A program made the position numbers and the translations under genes. Positions 12,841 through 26,484 of a stretch of DNA of 64,000 nt are shown here, piece after piece. Source of the DNA: Octopus sinensis. Taxonomy: Eukaryota. Within the stretch, counting starts at the first letter, position 1. The number at the start of each line of letters is the position of its first letter. Under the pieces are notes generated by a model. The model was not told the DNA's origin and searched no databases. It saw nothing but the letters and a program-made list of their open reading frames with translations. The DNA lies in NCBI RefSeq assembly GCF_006345805.1, contig NC_043004.1, positions 77,438,001-77,502,000 of the forward strand, read 5' to 3'.

Positions 12841-15005
12841 CACAACGTAACAATTTTCAAAAAAAAATTTGTTTATTGTATTTTTTTTTATTGTTTATCA
12901 ATCCATTTTTTCTGCTGATTCCAAATATGAAATTATTTTTTGTGTATCATCAACATTTAAGAAAATATGTCGACTTTCAATGTTATTATATATTCGGTAT
13001 CGTTATAATGTTCCGCTACTAAATGTATGTCTAATTTTCTCTTTCAGACCAATTACTAAGTTCTGCTACTTTCAGGATGGCTACAAGAGTATGTAAAAAT
13101 TCTCCAGATACATTTTGCTATGTGTGTGGTTATTATATTGGAAAAAAGCAAGTATTACATAAGATCGTGAAAGGTGCCAAATTGTGGATAGCGTACCGAC
13201 TATTTCAGAATGCCCATGGGTGACTAGGACCAACCATGGACCCCACATGTGATATGCGGAAACTATCGATCTACTCTAGAAGGGTGGTTAAGAGGTATAG
13301 GAAGCTCAATGCCTTTTGCCATTCCAAGGGTATGGAGAGAGCCAAAGAACCATCACGATGACTGTTACTTTTGTATGATCGATGTGACAAAGTACAAAAG
13401 AGTGAGAGGAAGACAAGCTCTTCAGTATCCAGACATACCATCATCTAGAGCACCTGTTCCACATGATGATGGTTTATGAGTATCACTACCACCAGAAAAT
13501 ATTTCATCTGAAGAGTCAACAAGTAGCAGCATCCAAGAAATGGAGGAAGCTTTCGTACCAGGAACGACTTCGGAGACTCATTTTCCAAATCAGAGTGAGC
13601 TAGATGATTTAATCAGGGATTTGGGTCTTACTAAGGAGCTGAACTCCTTTCATCAAGGTTGAAGGAATGGAATCTACTGGGGGAAGACTGAAAGACATCT
13701 CTGTACTGGAAACGCCATGAAGAATTTGAAATTTCCTATGAAAATATTAATGATCTGTGTTATTGTAAAGATATGATTGGTTTATTTACTGCTATTGGAC
13801 TCAAGCATGATTCTGCAGAATGGTGACTGTTCATAGATAGCTCAACACGAAGTCTCAAAGCAGTGTTGCTCCACAATGGAAATAAATATCCTTCTTTGCC
13901 TCTTGCACACTCCAATGTCAAAGAACTTCTCGACAAAATAAATTACGCTGAGTTCAAGTAGGATGTTTGTGGTGATTTCAAGATGCTTGCCTTCTTGCTT
14001 GGCTTGCAAGGGGGATACACAAAGTATTCAAGTTTCCTTTGCTTATGGGACAGCAGAGCTGATGATCATCATTACAAAAGAGTACATTGGCCCCACGAGT
14101 GGAACTGCAGCCAGGAATGTTAAATGTTCTCAAACAGCCACTAGTAGATTCCAACAAAATCTTACTACCCCCATTTCATATCAAACTCGAATTAGTAAAA
14201 CAGTTTGTGAAGGCCTTAAATTTTAGAGGATAAGCTTTTCAAGAAATTTGTTTTATGTTTCCAAAGCTATCTGGGCCCCAAGTAAATGCACTGTTAAAGT
14301 CGAAGAAACTGGAAAGAGCGATGACAAAAGTTGGAAAAGAAGCTTGGAGTGTATTTCGTGATGTAGTTCGTGGATTTCTAGGAAATCACAAGGATCCTAA
14401 TTACAAACAGCTGATAGCAAAGCTTATTAAAAACTTCAAGAAAATGAGTTGTCGTATGTCCTTAAAGGTTCATTTTTTTGCACTCTCACCTAGATTTTTC
14501 CCCGAAAACTTGGGTGATGTCAGTGAGGAGCATGGTGAAATATTTCATCAGGACATCGCAGCTATGGAAAGAAGATACCAATGACGATGGGATACTGCTA
14601 TGATGGGAGATTATATATGGTCTCTAGTCAGAAGAGATGAAGGTATACACTCCAGAAAATCTCGATCGTCAAAGCACTTCTCGTCTTAAGAAAAGAGTTA
14701 TCAAGGCATTTACAGTGCATAGTTTTATTGTTTCTTTTTGTTCTGATATTATACTACCTAAATACCTTTCAATATATGAAAAAGTACTAAATGTTGTGTA
14801 ATTATCCTTACAATACTAGAATAGATTTAACCAATAAAGTGCTGTAGAGAAAAGTTACAAATATAACGAGCAAATATGAAATTAGGAATAAATAAATAAT
14901 TATCAATGTTACGTCAAAATGAATGTGATTTTTGAATTTAGTGGCAAAAAATGCTTATATGAACATTAAAAAATACAAATAAACCAAAACATGCGTTACA
15001 TTGTG
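12841..15005 (+). mobile_element. Full-length decayed Chapaev3-type (CMC superfamily) DNA transposon
   Basis: Termini CACAACGTAAC...GTTACATTGTG; 3-bp TSD TAA at 12838-12840 and 15006-15008; internal transposase relic. Confidence 0.85.
13077..14689 (+). pseudogene. Chapaev3-type transposase pseudogene
   Basis: MATRVCKNSPDTFCYVCG...PWTPHVIC...MPFAIPRVWREPKNHHDDCYFC...LFIDSSTRSLKAVLLHNGN...CGDFKM...LLPPFHIKL...ENLGDVSEEHGEIFHQDIAAMERRYQ, with many stops and frameshifts. Confidence 0.88.
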
Positions 15006-15429
15006 TAATGTTTCTATGCTGTGTTGTTGTTGTTTCAGCACTAGGTCAGTAATGATTAAGCAAGCTTATGATCAAAAATATTCCAACTTAACTCATTCTG
15101 TCCTCTTGATATATCTAGGACTACATTGTCCAGAAGGTAGGATAAGCTTTAAGAAAAGTTGTCTGCTATTTCTAGCAGATCAAGTGACTTCATGAAAATT
15201 GATTTATTGGCTCGTGTTTATAGGTATTAATTCAACGTATAATCCTTAGAGCTCTTAATGATTTCGCAGACTGAGGTGAGTGTCGCCCACCCCGTTCTGA
15301 ATTCAAATCTCACCTGTGCTTATTTTACCCTACATCCACCACCACCAGGGTTAATACAATGCTGGGCGTTTATTTGGCATAATAGAGAAATATTAATATC
15401 GAAGGGTTGAGTAAGGCTGATATAACTGA

Positions 15430-15830
15430 ATCTCCATCGCGATCACAGTCCAACATTCCTTACAACTGCTCCGTGTTTCATCCGTGAGTGGATCAATGAA
15501 TGTTTGAGTCGGTCTTCTTCTGCTGCGTCTCCCATGAGTTGGTTCCCACAACAGTGGCTTGTGTATAACTTCCTGCTTACTTCCTGAAAATCATAACCGT
15601 TTTTTTATCAATCGTAGTTGTTATCTTGGGCAAGTTTCCGTATAAACCTTTATTTGTAATACGTCAGCGCCAGCTTTTTTTGTACAATCCCAAGCATTTT
15701 AGCTTATGCCTCATCTACTTTTTTCTCGGGTGCTTGTGTCAAGATCTATGTACTTGATCCATACAGCAACACTGACTCAGCAGGTGTTCTGAAGAAGGAT
15801 ATTTTGATTTTTCTGAGTAGATCTGGCTTC
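15430..15830 (-). mobile_element. Old RTE-type LINE 3' fragment
   Basis: Minus strand VLLYGSST*ILT...SWR*RITNKGLYGNLPKITTTI, matching the post-RT region of RTE-like ORFs. Confidence 0.65.
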
Positions 15831-17886
15831 CGTATCGTTTCCCTTTTGTTCACTGCAGCCTGTGCTCTGGTAATTTAGTGTTGGACTAAATCTATTAATA
15901 TAGTTATTTTGTTCTGCTCCTTTCACAACACAAATCTTACCGAGTTCAGCTTTGCTTTCCATCCCCCTCGGAGTTGATAAACTAAGTACCAATGATATAT
16001 ACCGATATAATAATTGTTTAGCAGCCTGTTATTGTAAGGGATCTCATCCCCAAATCGTGTCAAATGATTCAGATGAACTCTTTTGGTACTTCACATTTCA
16101 AAGTTCAATTACAGCCAGATTCGACTTTGTATTTCCCCCTTATCTAGGGTCTATAGAATATATAAATGATAATATAGTGTTATATGAAGCATCGTACAAC
16201 AGCTGTATGTCCTCTGCAACTCAAGACTAACAAATATTTCACAGACATGAAGACAATTCTTGGTTATCACTGACGTTTCTAGGGATGGATATTTGAGAGC
16301 TGCTTCCCATAATCTATTCCAGAGGGGTATGAAGTTTAAAGAAAGTTCCTAGATAGGCAATTTATTCCAAACAGCGACGTGAACTGAAATAAATGTATGT
16401 TTTCCTATCCAAAAACATAACGTAATGCTACCAACGGACTTCAAGAAACTTTTTCAGAGTGGTTAAGAATTTGGCCTACCTAGTCATGTAATTAGACACA
16501 AACAGATGACTAGAGGAATATTCAGTAACAGAACAGAATTGTTATTCTGTACGATATTTGTTGATGAAGATAGAGATATGCGAATACTAAATAGATCTTT
16601 TAACTCCTCTGATTAAGAAAAGTCAAAAAGTTAATAGATATCTGATTCGATTTATTGCACATGTATGCGATGAATAAGTCCTATTCCACAAAAACCTAGA
16701 TACTGTTGATAAGAAGAGTGCAATTCTCCATGGCACATCAATATATAATATAACACCAACTTGTATCATATTCCCCCGCAACTGAAATATGGAGTTTACA
16801 CAACATAACGACAGCTTTCTTACCTTACATATATCATAAAATGGAAAAAAGTAATAAAAAAGCTACCAAACTCTATAGTGCACATTTCTCTTTTCTAGAG
16901 ATACCCTGGAGTGTTTTCATATTCTTTTATCATTTATTTTGTTTACTTTTACTCTATTCTCGAAAAGACTTTTTTTTTTCTTTTTTTGTTCTATCTGAAT
17001 TTTTTGTCTTATGTTGCTTAATCTGTAGTTTATCTGCTATTTATCTAAATATATTTTAGTTAAGCTGCTTGAATTACAAAAAAAGTGACAGAGTGACAGG
17101 AATATATTGAAAGAAGTGAATGCGGCGAACGGAGAAATTGGGAAGAGATTAGAAAACCGGGAGTTAAATGGTTTGTTTGGGGTTTGTTTTGTTTATTTTA
17201 TTTTTTAGCTTATGGCTAAATGTAAAGACAAATTTTTTCTGCCTTGAGAATAAATGATAATTACTATAATGAAGTGAAAAGGAAAGTATGACGGTAAAGC
17301 GATGGGCCGAACCTTGTGCATAGTGCCTCTTTCAGTGTAGGATGTAACCAGTGATGCTTTGACGTTAGGCGCTCACGTAATTAAAGGGAAGGAGCAGTCG
17401 AAGCGAATCGGTCGATTAAAAAGCTGAGCTTGCGTGCGCTTTAATGAATACTTGTCCGACGCCTATAACAGACGTTTGACGAACGGGTGTGAAACGCGAG
17501 GGCAGGGTTGTTGCGAAAACATGAACTGACACACGTGGATAGCAGTATGAAATATAGGAAGAACATGTGGACAAACATATAACAAAACGGTTCTGCGCAT
17601 GCATATACTCAAGCAGACACCCATGTGAATGATATGTTAAAATATAGTCACATTTTGTTTGTTTGCTTTAATTATTTTTAAATAATTTTTAATGCACCAT
17701 GAATATTTCCAGTCTGATTATATCATCACCTTATATAGGTAGATGTTTATCATTATACTAATAGTTTAGTATGTTATGTGTTTTATTACTTTTTTTTACT
17801 TTAAATACTCAACTGCTACCGAACAAAATGAATTTTTCCTTTAAAGTTGAAATCTCTACATAAATTGTTACATAACAAAAATATAC

Positions 17887-18265
17887 GGATCTTTTCGGTT
17901 TGACCGGCAGTTTTTTAAAATAATTTCCACGTATCTAAACACTTTTAAACTTCGTATACTGGTAGAATGTGTTTATAAAACATCTTTTTCTCTTGGCTTT
18001 CTATGGTTTGTAAGATATTTGTTGTTGTTTTTTCTTCAATTTCTGCAATTTCAACCAATCAATGATGTCTATTGAGGTGAAAACATTCTGTGCCGTATGA
18101 ATATTCCCTCGTTTAAGAAACAGATTGGGTTTATTTACATTTGTGAAGTAAAAAGATACCATTTCCCCCACCCCCACCCCTAACCCTAAAACAGATTGAA
18201 ATGCAATAGATCGATACTAGGGTCATAATTATGGGTGACAATTTCATATGACACCGCATAGATCC
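17887..18265. mobile_element. Merlin-type MITE, right TIR partly deleted
   Basis: Starts ggatcttttcggtttgaccggcag; body matches 18914-19329; no TSD seen. Confidence 0.85.
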
Positions 18266-18913
18266 CTAGCACAAAATTAAAAAATAAATAGATGAATAAG
18301 TTAAACCGATACCGAATTAAAACCCTCAGCGTAACTACTCAGAGTAAATAAATTATGTACACGTAATCTAATGGCGATAAAAGTCAAATTGACGGTAAAT
18401 AGAATAACACGCGCTCCCAGGTTGCAATAAAGCAGCGTTTTCGGTGTAGAACCATATTTCGAATGGAACGCAAATTTCTTTAAGAAGCTTGTCCAAGACA
18501 TGGTCTTCATGGACAAGTTCACCTCAGAGGTTTCAAGTTAATTCGAATTAAAACCAGTTTTCCACTTCAAATAAAATTGCAACATAGAACTTCTATTGTA
18601 CAACCCGTAACAACACACATTCCCTCAGTAAATGTCAAAGCGAAAAAGTTGGCTTCTGCGGAGTAATAGGGAGAAAGTCGTTTATATTTAAGCAGGCAGC
18701 CTACACTTCTGTTGATATGCTCTTAAGTCATAAATCTGAATGCATTTTCCTTAAATATTGATAATATTTCAATAGAATTAACGACTAGTAAAACAGTTTC
18801 ACAAATGTGAGAAAAGGGATCGTATAACCAGCAAATTACTTATCAGTTATCCGACTGCTAAGAGATGTCTTCCTTAAAAAGTCACTTGTACAACGACTCG
18901 CATCGAATGTATT

Positions 18914-19329
18914 GGATCTTTTCGGTTTGAACAGCAGTTTTTAACATAATTTCTAGGTAACTAAACACTTTTAAACTTCGTATACTGGTAGAATGTCGTT
19001 TATAAAACATCTTTTTCTCTTGGCTTTATTGAGAAAATTTTATATTTTGTAAGATATTTGTTGTTTTTTTCTTCTTCAATTTCTGCAATTTCAACCAATC
19101 ACTGACGTCTATTGAGGTAAAAAAAAAAACATTCTGTGCCGTATGAAAATGTCCCTCGTTTAAGAAACAGATTGGGTTTATTTACATTTGTGAAGTAAAA
19201 GATACCATTTCCCCCACCCCTAACCCTAAAACAGATTGAAATGCAATAGATCGATACTAGGGTCATAATTATGGGTAACAATTCCATATGACACCGCTAG
19301 AAAAACTGCCGTTCAAACCGAAAAGATCC
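18914..19329. mobile_element. Merlin-type MITE (about 415 bp)
   Basis: TIR GGATCTTTTCGGTTTGAAC(A/G)GCAGTTTTT at both ends; exact 8-bp TSD AATGTATT. Confidence 0.92.
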
Positions 19330-20445
19330 AATGTATTTTGAAGGTGAAAGTGCTATGAACTGAAACAGTTTTTCTGGAAACATTTAAACATAAAAAAGTC
19401 TTGTAAGAAATATTTACAGATGATCTTTTTGGGAAACAGTATCTTAAATATTATTGATGCCAGATACATGAGTGGCGGCTAAGTGAAGTCATTTAACAAT
19501 TCGAACGAGTCGAAAAGCATTCAATTCCGTGTTTCACTTTCTCCATCACCTCCGCCACTCTGTAGTATTTATAGTATTTAACCATTAATTTGCTACATAA
19601 GTCCATGCATAGGAAAGAGAAATTACATTGCATAAGGTTTGTGTTTTCACAATAGTATAGGTAAAATAAGTGAAAATTGGTTCGTGGCATCGAACAGAGC
19701 CCAGCTCTACTGCGCCGTGTTCATTCATTGTTGATAGCAATTTCATTAATAATACTCTGTACATTCAGCTGACATCAGTGAATTGCACTGCCCTGTGGAT
19801 CCTACTTACAGTTTGCTGGACTGGGTTGTTAAAAGATGTGACATGACTATTTGATCGAGAAAACGTTACTGACATGATACGAGCCTCCGACTAGTTGTTT
19901 CGTTTTCTACAAATTTTGCTAGCTATGGAAGTATTTGACGAACGGTTTGTTAGGTTCAAATCTTCTTGGGCTGTACCTTGATAACTATTTGCCTTGGGAG
20001 CATTTTATTAAGACGACAGGTTAAAGGACTTCCCATGAATAGTTGTAGAAACTCATAGACAGCTGGTGGCAAAACACGAGACTTGGACCCACTGACTAGT
20101 GAATATCATTAAATAACTTCGACAGTATTGATTTGTCACCAAAAGAACAACAGAATGCAGATCTAAATGTTTTTCAGTATATAGTTGCGATCCTTTACGT
20201 TCTGAGTTCAAATTCTGCTGAAGTCAATTTTATTTTACCCTTCTCTGTTGTCGACAAAATGAAGTCCGAAGTAATCAGTTCTACCCAGGAAGCGATATTG
20301 ATTTGCTATGCGATTTTTTATAGATGCTTATTTTTTTTGGTTTCTACGGTAGTATTGATTAACATTAGATGCCTGCCTAATTAAGAAATCATTGAGTAAT
20401 TAGCTTGTAATTAAATAGTGACATAGTGGTTTTTTAGTGGCAGTT

Positions 20446-20461
<16 letters not shown>

Positions 20462-20477
<16 letters not shown>

Positions 20478-21352
20478 GGTGGTGGTGGTGATGATGGCAT
20501 TGGTGGTGATGGTTATCGTCGTCGTCATCGTCGTCAACATCGTTTTTTTTTGTTTTTGTTTTTGAAGGGGCAGTGCGCCGATGGGGGGACCTTTAGGTAC
20601 TAAATGTGGTGAGAGTAGAGATTGTCGTCGTTTAGCTCCAGATCCACCTTTATTGAGCAAACCTATGATCAAAGGCATTCTAGCTCTGACCTCGCTGTCT
20701 TTTTTTGTGGGAGCGATTTCGCTGGGGTTGTGTGACCACGTGAGGCTCTTTCGTTGTATCGTGGAAGTAAAGTTGTCAATCTGACAATAGTAATATTCTG
20801 GATTATTGGTTGAGCAAGTGGTAGTGGTGGTGGTGCCAGTGATGATAGTAGTAATGAGGAAGTAGCTGATGGTGGTAGTGGTGGTGGTGGTGGTGGTGGT
20901 GGTGGTGGTGTGGTGGTGGTGGTGATGATGGCATTGGTGGTGATGGTTATCGTCGTCGTCATCGTCGTCAACATCGTTTTTTTTTTGTTTTTGTTTTTGA
21001 AGGGGCAGTGCGCCGATGGGGGGACCTTTAGGTACTAAATGTGGTGAGAGTAGAGATTGTCGTCGTTTAGCTCCAGATCCACCTTTATTGAGCAAACCTA
21101 TGATCAAAGGCATTCCAGCTCTGACCTCGCTGTCTTTTTTTGTGGGAGCGATTTCGCTGGGGTTGTGTGACCACGTGAGGCTCTTTCGTTGTATCGTGGA
21201 AGTAAAGTTGTCAATCTGACAATAGTAATATTCTGGATTATTGGTTGAGCAAGTGGTAGTGGTGGTGGTGCCAGTGATGATAGTAGTAATGAGGAAGTAG
21301 CTGATGGTGGTAGTGGTGGTGGTGGTGGTGGTGGTGGTGGTGGTGGTGGTGG
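20462..21352. repeat. Tandem duplication, 435-bp unit x2, bounded by (GGT)n
   Basis: 20581 and 21016 both start atggggggacctttagg. The copies differ by one substitution (attctagc/attccagc) and by repeat or homopolymer length. Confidence 0.95.
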
Positions 21353-22122
21353 ATATAATAGTGGTTGGTGATCCTTTCCATTAATAAAATTCCTTATATG
21401 AATAATTTTCTATGATCAATCTAGAATTTGTGACTAGCGCTGCAAAGGAAAGCCAACACTTGCTAGAAGCCATTTCACTTTCCTTACATACACTAATGCA
21501 TTTGTGAGCATCGTACTTTCACTTTCTCTTTCCTACATTGTAACGTATGTGAATTCATCAGAAAAATTTCATCTTAAGATTTCACTGTTTAAAATAAGCA
21601 TGACAAGGAATTTAGAGAAAAAAAAATCTCGTGTCGTAAATAAAATAATGAAATTTGAGCATAGAAACTTTAGATTCTATGAAAAAACGATAACCCCCTT
21701 TGGTAATCAACTGCTGTCTAAATTTCTTAGTTATGAACTGGGGTAAAGATATAACAACAACTGTACCACATAAATCAAGAGATTTGAGCTTCATCCGACC
21801 ATTGCATCCTTTTATAATGAAATCTTTCTTAGCCTTAATTCCCGTTACATGAAACAGAGCCGCTAGTCTATGGAATCAACGACACCAGGATTAATTACTG
21901 GTATTATACTTGTCCACTTTGGTGCATAACGGGAATTTGTGGAGCCGAAATGTAGTTCATTGAGTGAATCCCAAAACTTCTCTGATTCTTAGTGACCACA
22001 AAGAGATGAACGCAAAGTCAATCCCGACCAGATTTGAACTCAAGATGTAGGAGTACAAAATTAATTATCTTCAATTTCTGCAATTCCAATACTTTTTGAT
22101 CGATAATTATGTTATCGACTAA

Positions 22123-22540
22123 AGCAGTGAGCTGGCAGAATCGTTAGCACGCCGGGCAAAATGCTTAGCCGCATTTCGTCCGTTTTTACGTTCTGAGTTC
22201 AAATTCGACCGAAGTCGACGTTTCCTTCTATCCTTTCGGGGTTGATAAAGTAAGAACCATTTGCGCATGAGGTCGCTGTAATTGACTTACCCACTCCCCC
22301 GAAGTTACTGGCCTTATGCCCAAACTTGAAACCAGTTATGTTATCAACTAAAGCGGCAAACCGGCAGAATCGTTAGCACGCCGGAGAAAAATCCTTCGTG
22401 GCATGTTGTCGGTCTTTACGTTCTGAGTTCAAATCCCGCAGTTATTGACCTTGCCTTTCATTTTTTCGGGGCATGAGGTTGATGTAATCGACTAGCTCCT
22501 TCTCCAAAAGTTTCAGACCTTATTCCTATGGCAGAAAGCA
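22123..22540 (+). mobile_element. Head-to-tail dimer of SINE family B
   Basis: Two heads (about 22123 and 22352), with the target-like sequence ttatc(g/a)actaa before, between and after. Confidence 0.8.
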
Positions 22541-22692
22541 TGATATTATCGACTAAGAGTGAAATGAAACACAAATACGCCATCATTTGATTCACACGTA
22601 TTGAAACTCTGAAGAGCTTGTATAGCATAATGTAACTTATCACGACAGCTTTCTTCTGATTGAGCTATCCTAAACTCCATATTACATCGCAG

Positions 22693-23112
22693 GGATCTTT
22701 TCGGTTTGAACGGCAGTTTTTAACATAATTTCTAGGTAACTATAAAATTTTAAACTTTGTATACTGGTAGAATGTGTTTATAAAACATCTTTTTCTCTCG
22801 GCTTTATTGAAAAAATTCTATAGTTTGTAAGATATTTGTTGTTTTTTTTTTTTTTTCAATTTCTGCAATTTCAACCAATCAATTACGTCTATTGAGGTAA
22901 AAAGCATTCTGTGCCGTATGAATATGTCCCTCGTTTAAGAAACAGATTGGGTTTATTTACATTTGTGAAGAAAAATAGATACCCTTCCCCCACACCTAAC
23001 CCTAACCCTAAAACAGCTAGAAATGCAATAGATCGATACTAGGGTCATAATTATGGGTGACAATTTCATTTGACACCACTAGAAAAAACTTCCGTTCAAA
23101 CCGAAAAAATCC
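22693..23112. mobile_element. Merlin-type MITE
   Basis: Same TIRs; exact 8-bp TSD CATCGCAG. Confidence 0.92.
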
Positions 23113-23639
23113 CATCGCAGTATTTTCACAGTAAATGAACTGGTTAAAATAGTCACGAGTCGGACTAAATTATTTGTTGCCTTTACGTGCTTTACGTTGA
23201 AAGTACAGATGTCTCTAAAAACCACTTTGTAGTTCAACTTTTCGTGAGTGATAACATAATAAATAATGAATCGATTCGATTCAAGTCGACTATTCAAATA
23301 TATATGCAGCTCTAATGCCATAATAATGGTTATTCTAACCAAATACTAGACCAATTCTGTTTAAAATAGTGATATTATCTGTATATTTAACACTAGTATT
23401 TTACTGGTTCTCCATTCATCAAATCTTTAAAAAAAACTTAGTTTTTCTACATAGTGGAAAATTAAGTGCTGTCTATAACCAACCTTGCAAACGCAGCTAC
23501 GCCGTAAAATTTCTCTGCAACAGCTACAGTATGTCCAAGGGTCGACCATCAATAGTTAACAATTGTACTCATGGCGTCCCGCTTTGAGCCATCTTCCGTA
23601 GTTGGATCGCTGCAGTGTACAGTTGTTCGAGTGAATGGT

Positions 23640-24085
23640 CACCTACCGGAACCAATCAGTGTCATGCGTTCGGTTCGTCAAGGTTATCCTTCTCGTCACT
23701 TCTGTATTGCCGACTCAAGAGCCATTACTGCGCAAACTTGAGACGTTGAGGGTCGTTCTGCGCGAAATAGGACGTCGGGATTTGCGGACGACGTCACCGT
23801 CATAGTGTCGGACACCTAGTACATAGACTGGATCGGCACTGCTCTAAGGGAACACGAGGCGATGACAGGAACAAAAATCAACCAAAAAGGGTCAGTGGAC
23901 CTGCAACTCAGTACCTGGAGAGGTAGATGCGTCCCATCCAACAGTGTTATGAGGCGCAGGACAGACCGACTAAATTACTTGGGATCTGGTTTGGTCCAGG
24001 TCTTCATGTGAAGAAAAATTGAGACGTAGTGACGAGCAAGGTAATCAATCTCACCCAGAAATGGATAAAGCGAAGACTGAGGTAG
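23640..24085 (+). mobile_element. L1/Tx1-clade LINE reverse-transcriptase fragment
   Basis: RSVRQGYP...EPLLRKL...DDVTVIVSD...TGTKINQ...YLGIWFGP..KVINLTQKW, with frameshifts. Confidence 0.8.
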
Positions 24086-24613
24086 GGTGGCTGGCACTTA
24101 GAGCGTATCAAGTGTTCACAGCTGTCAGTCAGTCGGGTAATGGAGCCGATGCAAGTTCCATTTAGGCGTCCTACAGAGGTTTAATGGCGGGTAAAAGTGA
24201 CGACATTCTCGAGAAGCTTTTGTTTTTCATCTTGGTGAAATTATTAAAATAAGTACCAGTAATATACTCTTCTCTTTACAATTTTGTCGCCTTTTTATGT
24301 CAATACAAGAAATTTTTATTACTGATTATCTTTCTTGTTTTTCCTTATTGTGGTCGTTGCTGTTGTTCTGTGGTGGTGTGAGGTGATTGCGGCTTCGCTT
24401 ATTACTTTTAGTTGTAATGAAGGCGATGTTATCATAGCATTGTTGTTGCTATCATCATTGTTTCACTGTTGTTGTGGTTGTCGTTGTCGTTGCTGCCGAT
24501 GGTGACCCTAATCTTATCGTTATTATTGACATTCAAGAGATTATTATTGTAGTGGTAACAGTTACCGATCTAGTTCTTGGTTGCTCTTGTATTTGTTAAA
24601 GACGTTTTGTTAC

Positions 24614-24653
<40 letters not shown>

Positions 24654-24799
24654 TGGCGGTCGGGTGATGGCGGCAGTTGTAATGTTGTTGTTGCTAATGG
24701 TGGTGGTGGTGGTGGTGGTGGTCATCGTCGTTGGAGTTGAAGTGTGACATCGATGACGTAAAAGAATTCTCAGTCAGTAGCTAAGAGGGAATTCAATAG

Positions 24800-25018
24800 C
24801 GGTGATGCTGATGATGCTGTTGATGCTGATGATGTTGTTGTTCTTGTTGGTGGTGGTGGTATTGGTGCTGGTGCTGGTGCTGGTGCTGGTGGTGCTGGTG
24901 GTGGTGGTGGTGGTGGTGGTGGTGCTGCTGCTGCTGCTGCTGCTGGTGGTGCTGGTGGTGCTGGTGGTGGTGCTGGTGGTGGTGGTGCTGGTGGTGGTGG
25001 TGGTGGTGGTGGTGGTGG

Positions 25019-25049
<31 letters not shown>

Positions 25050-25075
25050 GGTGGTGCTGGTGGTGTTGATGCTTG
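24800..25075. repeat. Compound (GGT/GCT/GAT)n trinucleotide tract
   Basis: Seen directly; source of the poly-Pro/His/Thr ORFs. Confidence 0.95.
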
Positions 25076-25302
25076 CTGAGGGAAAAGACACAGAAAGCAG
25101 TAAGGAGCATCAAACTCCAGATTTTCGACTTCTGACACAATAACAAGGTCCAACGACTTGGAAAATTGATAATAGCTTTCCTTTTAAATTTCCTCAGGGA
25201 CATGACGATGGCTGACGATATGTGACATTTTAGTATCAGAGCTGACCTCTTTCCAAGTGTCTAGGGATCTGGCTCATCGAACTACTTGTCAGGGTCATTT
25301 TA

Positions 25303-25316
25303 GTTGCCATGGATAC
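25303..25316. promoter_or_regulatory. RFX X-box motif
   Basis: GTTGCC-AT-GGATAC matches the X-box consensus RTHNYY-WT-RRNRAC, in non-repetitive DNA. Confidence 0.4.
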
Positions 25317-26484
25317 AAAGCAGGCGGGAGAGAAGTGAAATTTAGAAAAAGCAAAAAAAAAAAAGCTTTATTCCAAGTAAACATCAGCATGTTTTGGGAC
25401 GATGATCGAAATCACCATCGCGGAACTTGCACCTCTTCTGCTGGCAGATACTATACCAGTAAAAGCAGTTCTACAGAATAACATTCTATCAAACTTGTTC
25501 GCTTTGTGATGAAGGATAATAAGAAATGGAACGAAAATACTTGTGACGCCTTAAATGTTTCCGATCTGTTAAATTGATAATAAACACCTAATATTAATAT
25601 AAATTCCCCCAATAACAGTGTCACAGCTTAATGAATAGGTACGAACATTCAGCTATGAAAACGTGCTAAAAGCATTGTTTTACGTGCAACGCCATAGCGT
25701 CATTATCACATCAGTTCTAATAACCCTTTCTCATTTTGGTAAAATGTCAGTGACTTTGAGAGGAGAGGTTAAGACTACTATACCGACCCAATGCTCAACT
25801 AGTATTTATTTTATCGACCCCATAAAACTGAAAGGCAAGGTCGACATCGGTGGAATTTGAGCTCAAAACGGAAAGAATCAAAAGAAACAGCGCTAAGCAT
25901 TTTGTCCAGCGTTCCAGCTCGCCGCCTTTAGAAGATTTCTAAAAATAGCAGTGGTATAATCAAGGCTGTTGACCATTAAACGGGGCAAATAAAGGGGCTT
26001 CTGTGTGTTCCCTTGACTCAATATAGAAAACTTAGCGAATAGAGGCACGGCACAGTGGTGGATTCTTCTGTCCATAATAGGTATACGTGCGCATACCTAC
26101 ATGTGTGTGTGTGCGTGTGTGTGTGTGTGTGTAGGCTCGAGGTTACCAACCCACTAAGGAGCTTCGACATTCTCAGTGGGTACAAACAAATCTCATTCTA
26201 TAGTTTGGGAGATCTACAATAAGAATACTTGGTTAGAATACTGCGCCAAGGAGCAATACTTTGCCACCAATCAGGCGTAACTGAACAGAAGCTGGTTTGC
26301 GTATCGCCCTCCACCAGTCTAAGACGGTTTGCAAATGTGATGGCCTCGGCTTACTTCCCAGACTAAAATGTAAAAAAGAGCTAGAACAGCATAAGCAATA
26401 GTAGCAATACTTACTATAATAGCAGTAACAACATCAAGCATAAACAGCAATAGCATTATAATGGCAGGAGTAACAGCAAGATGA

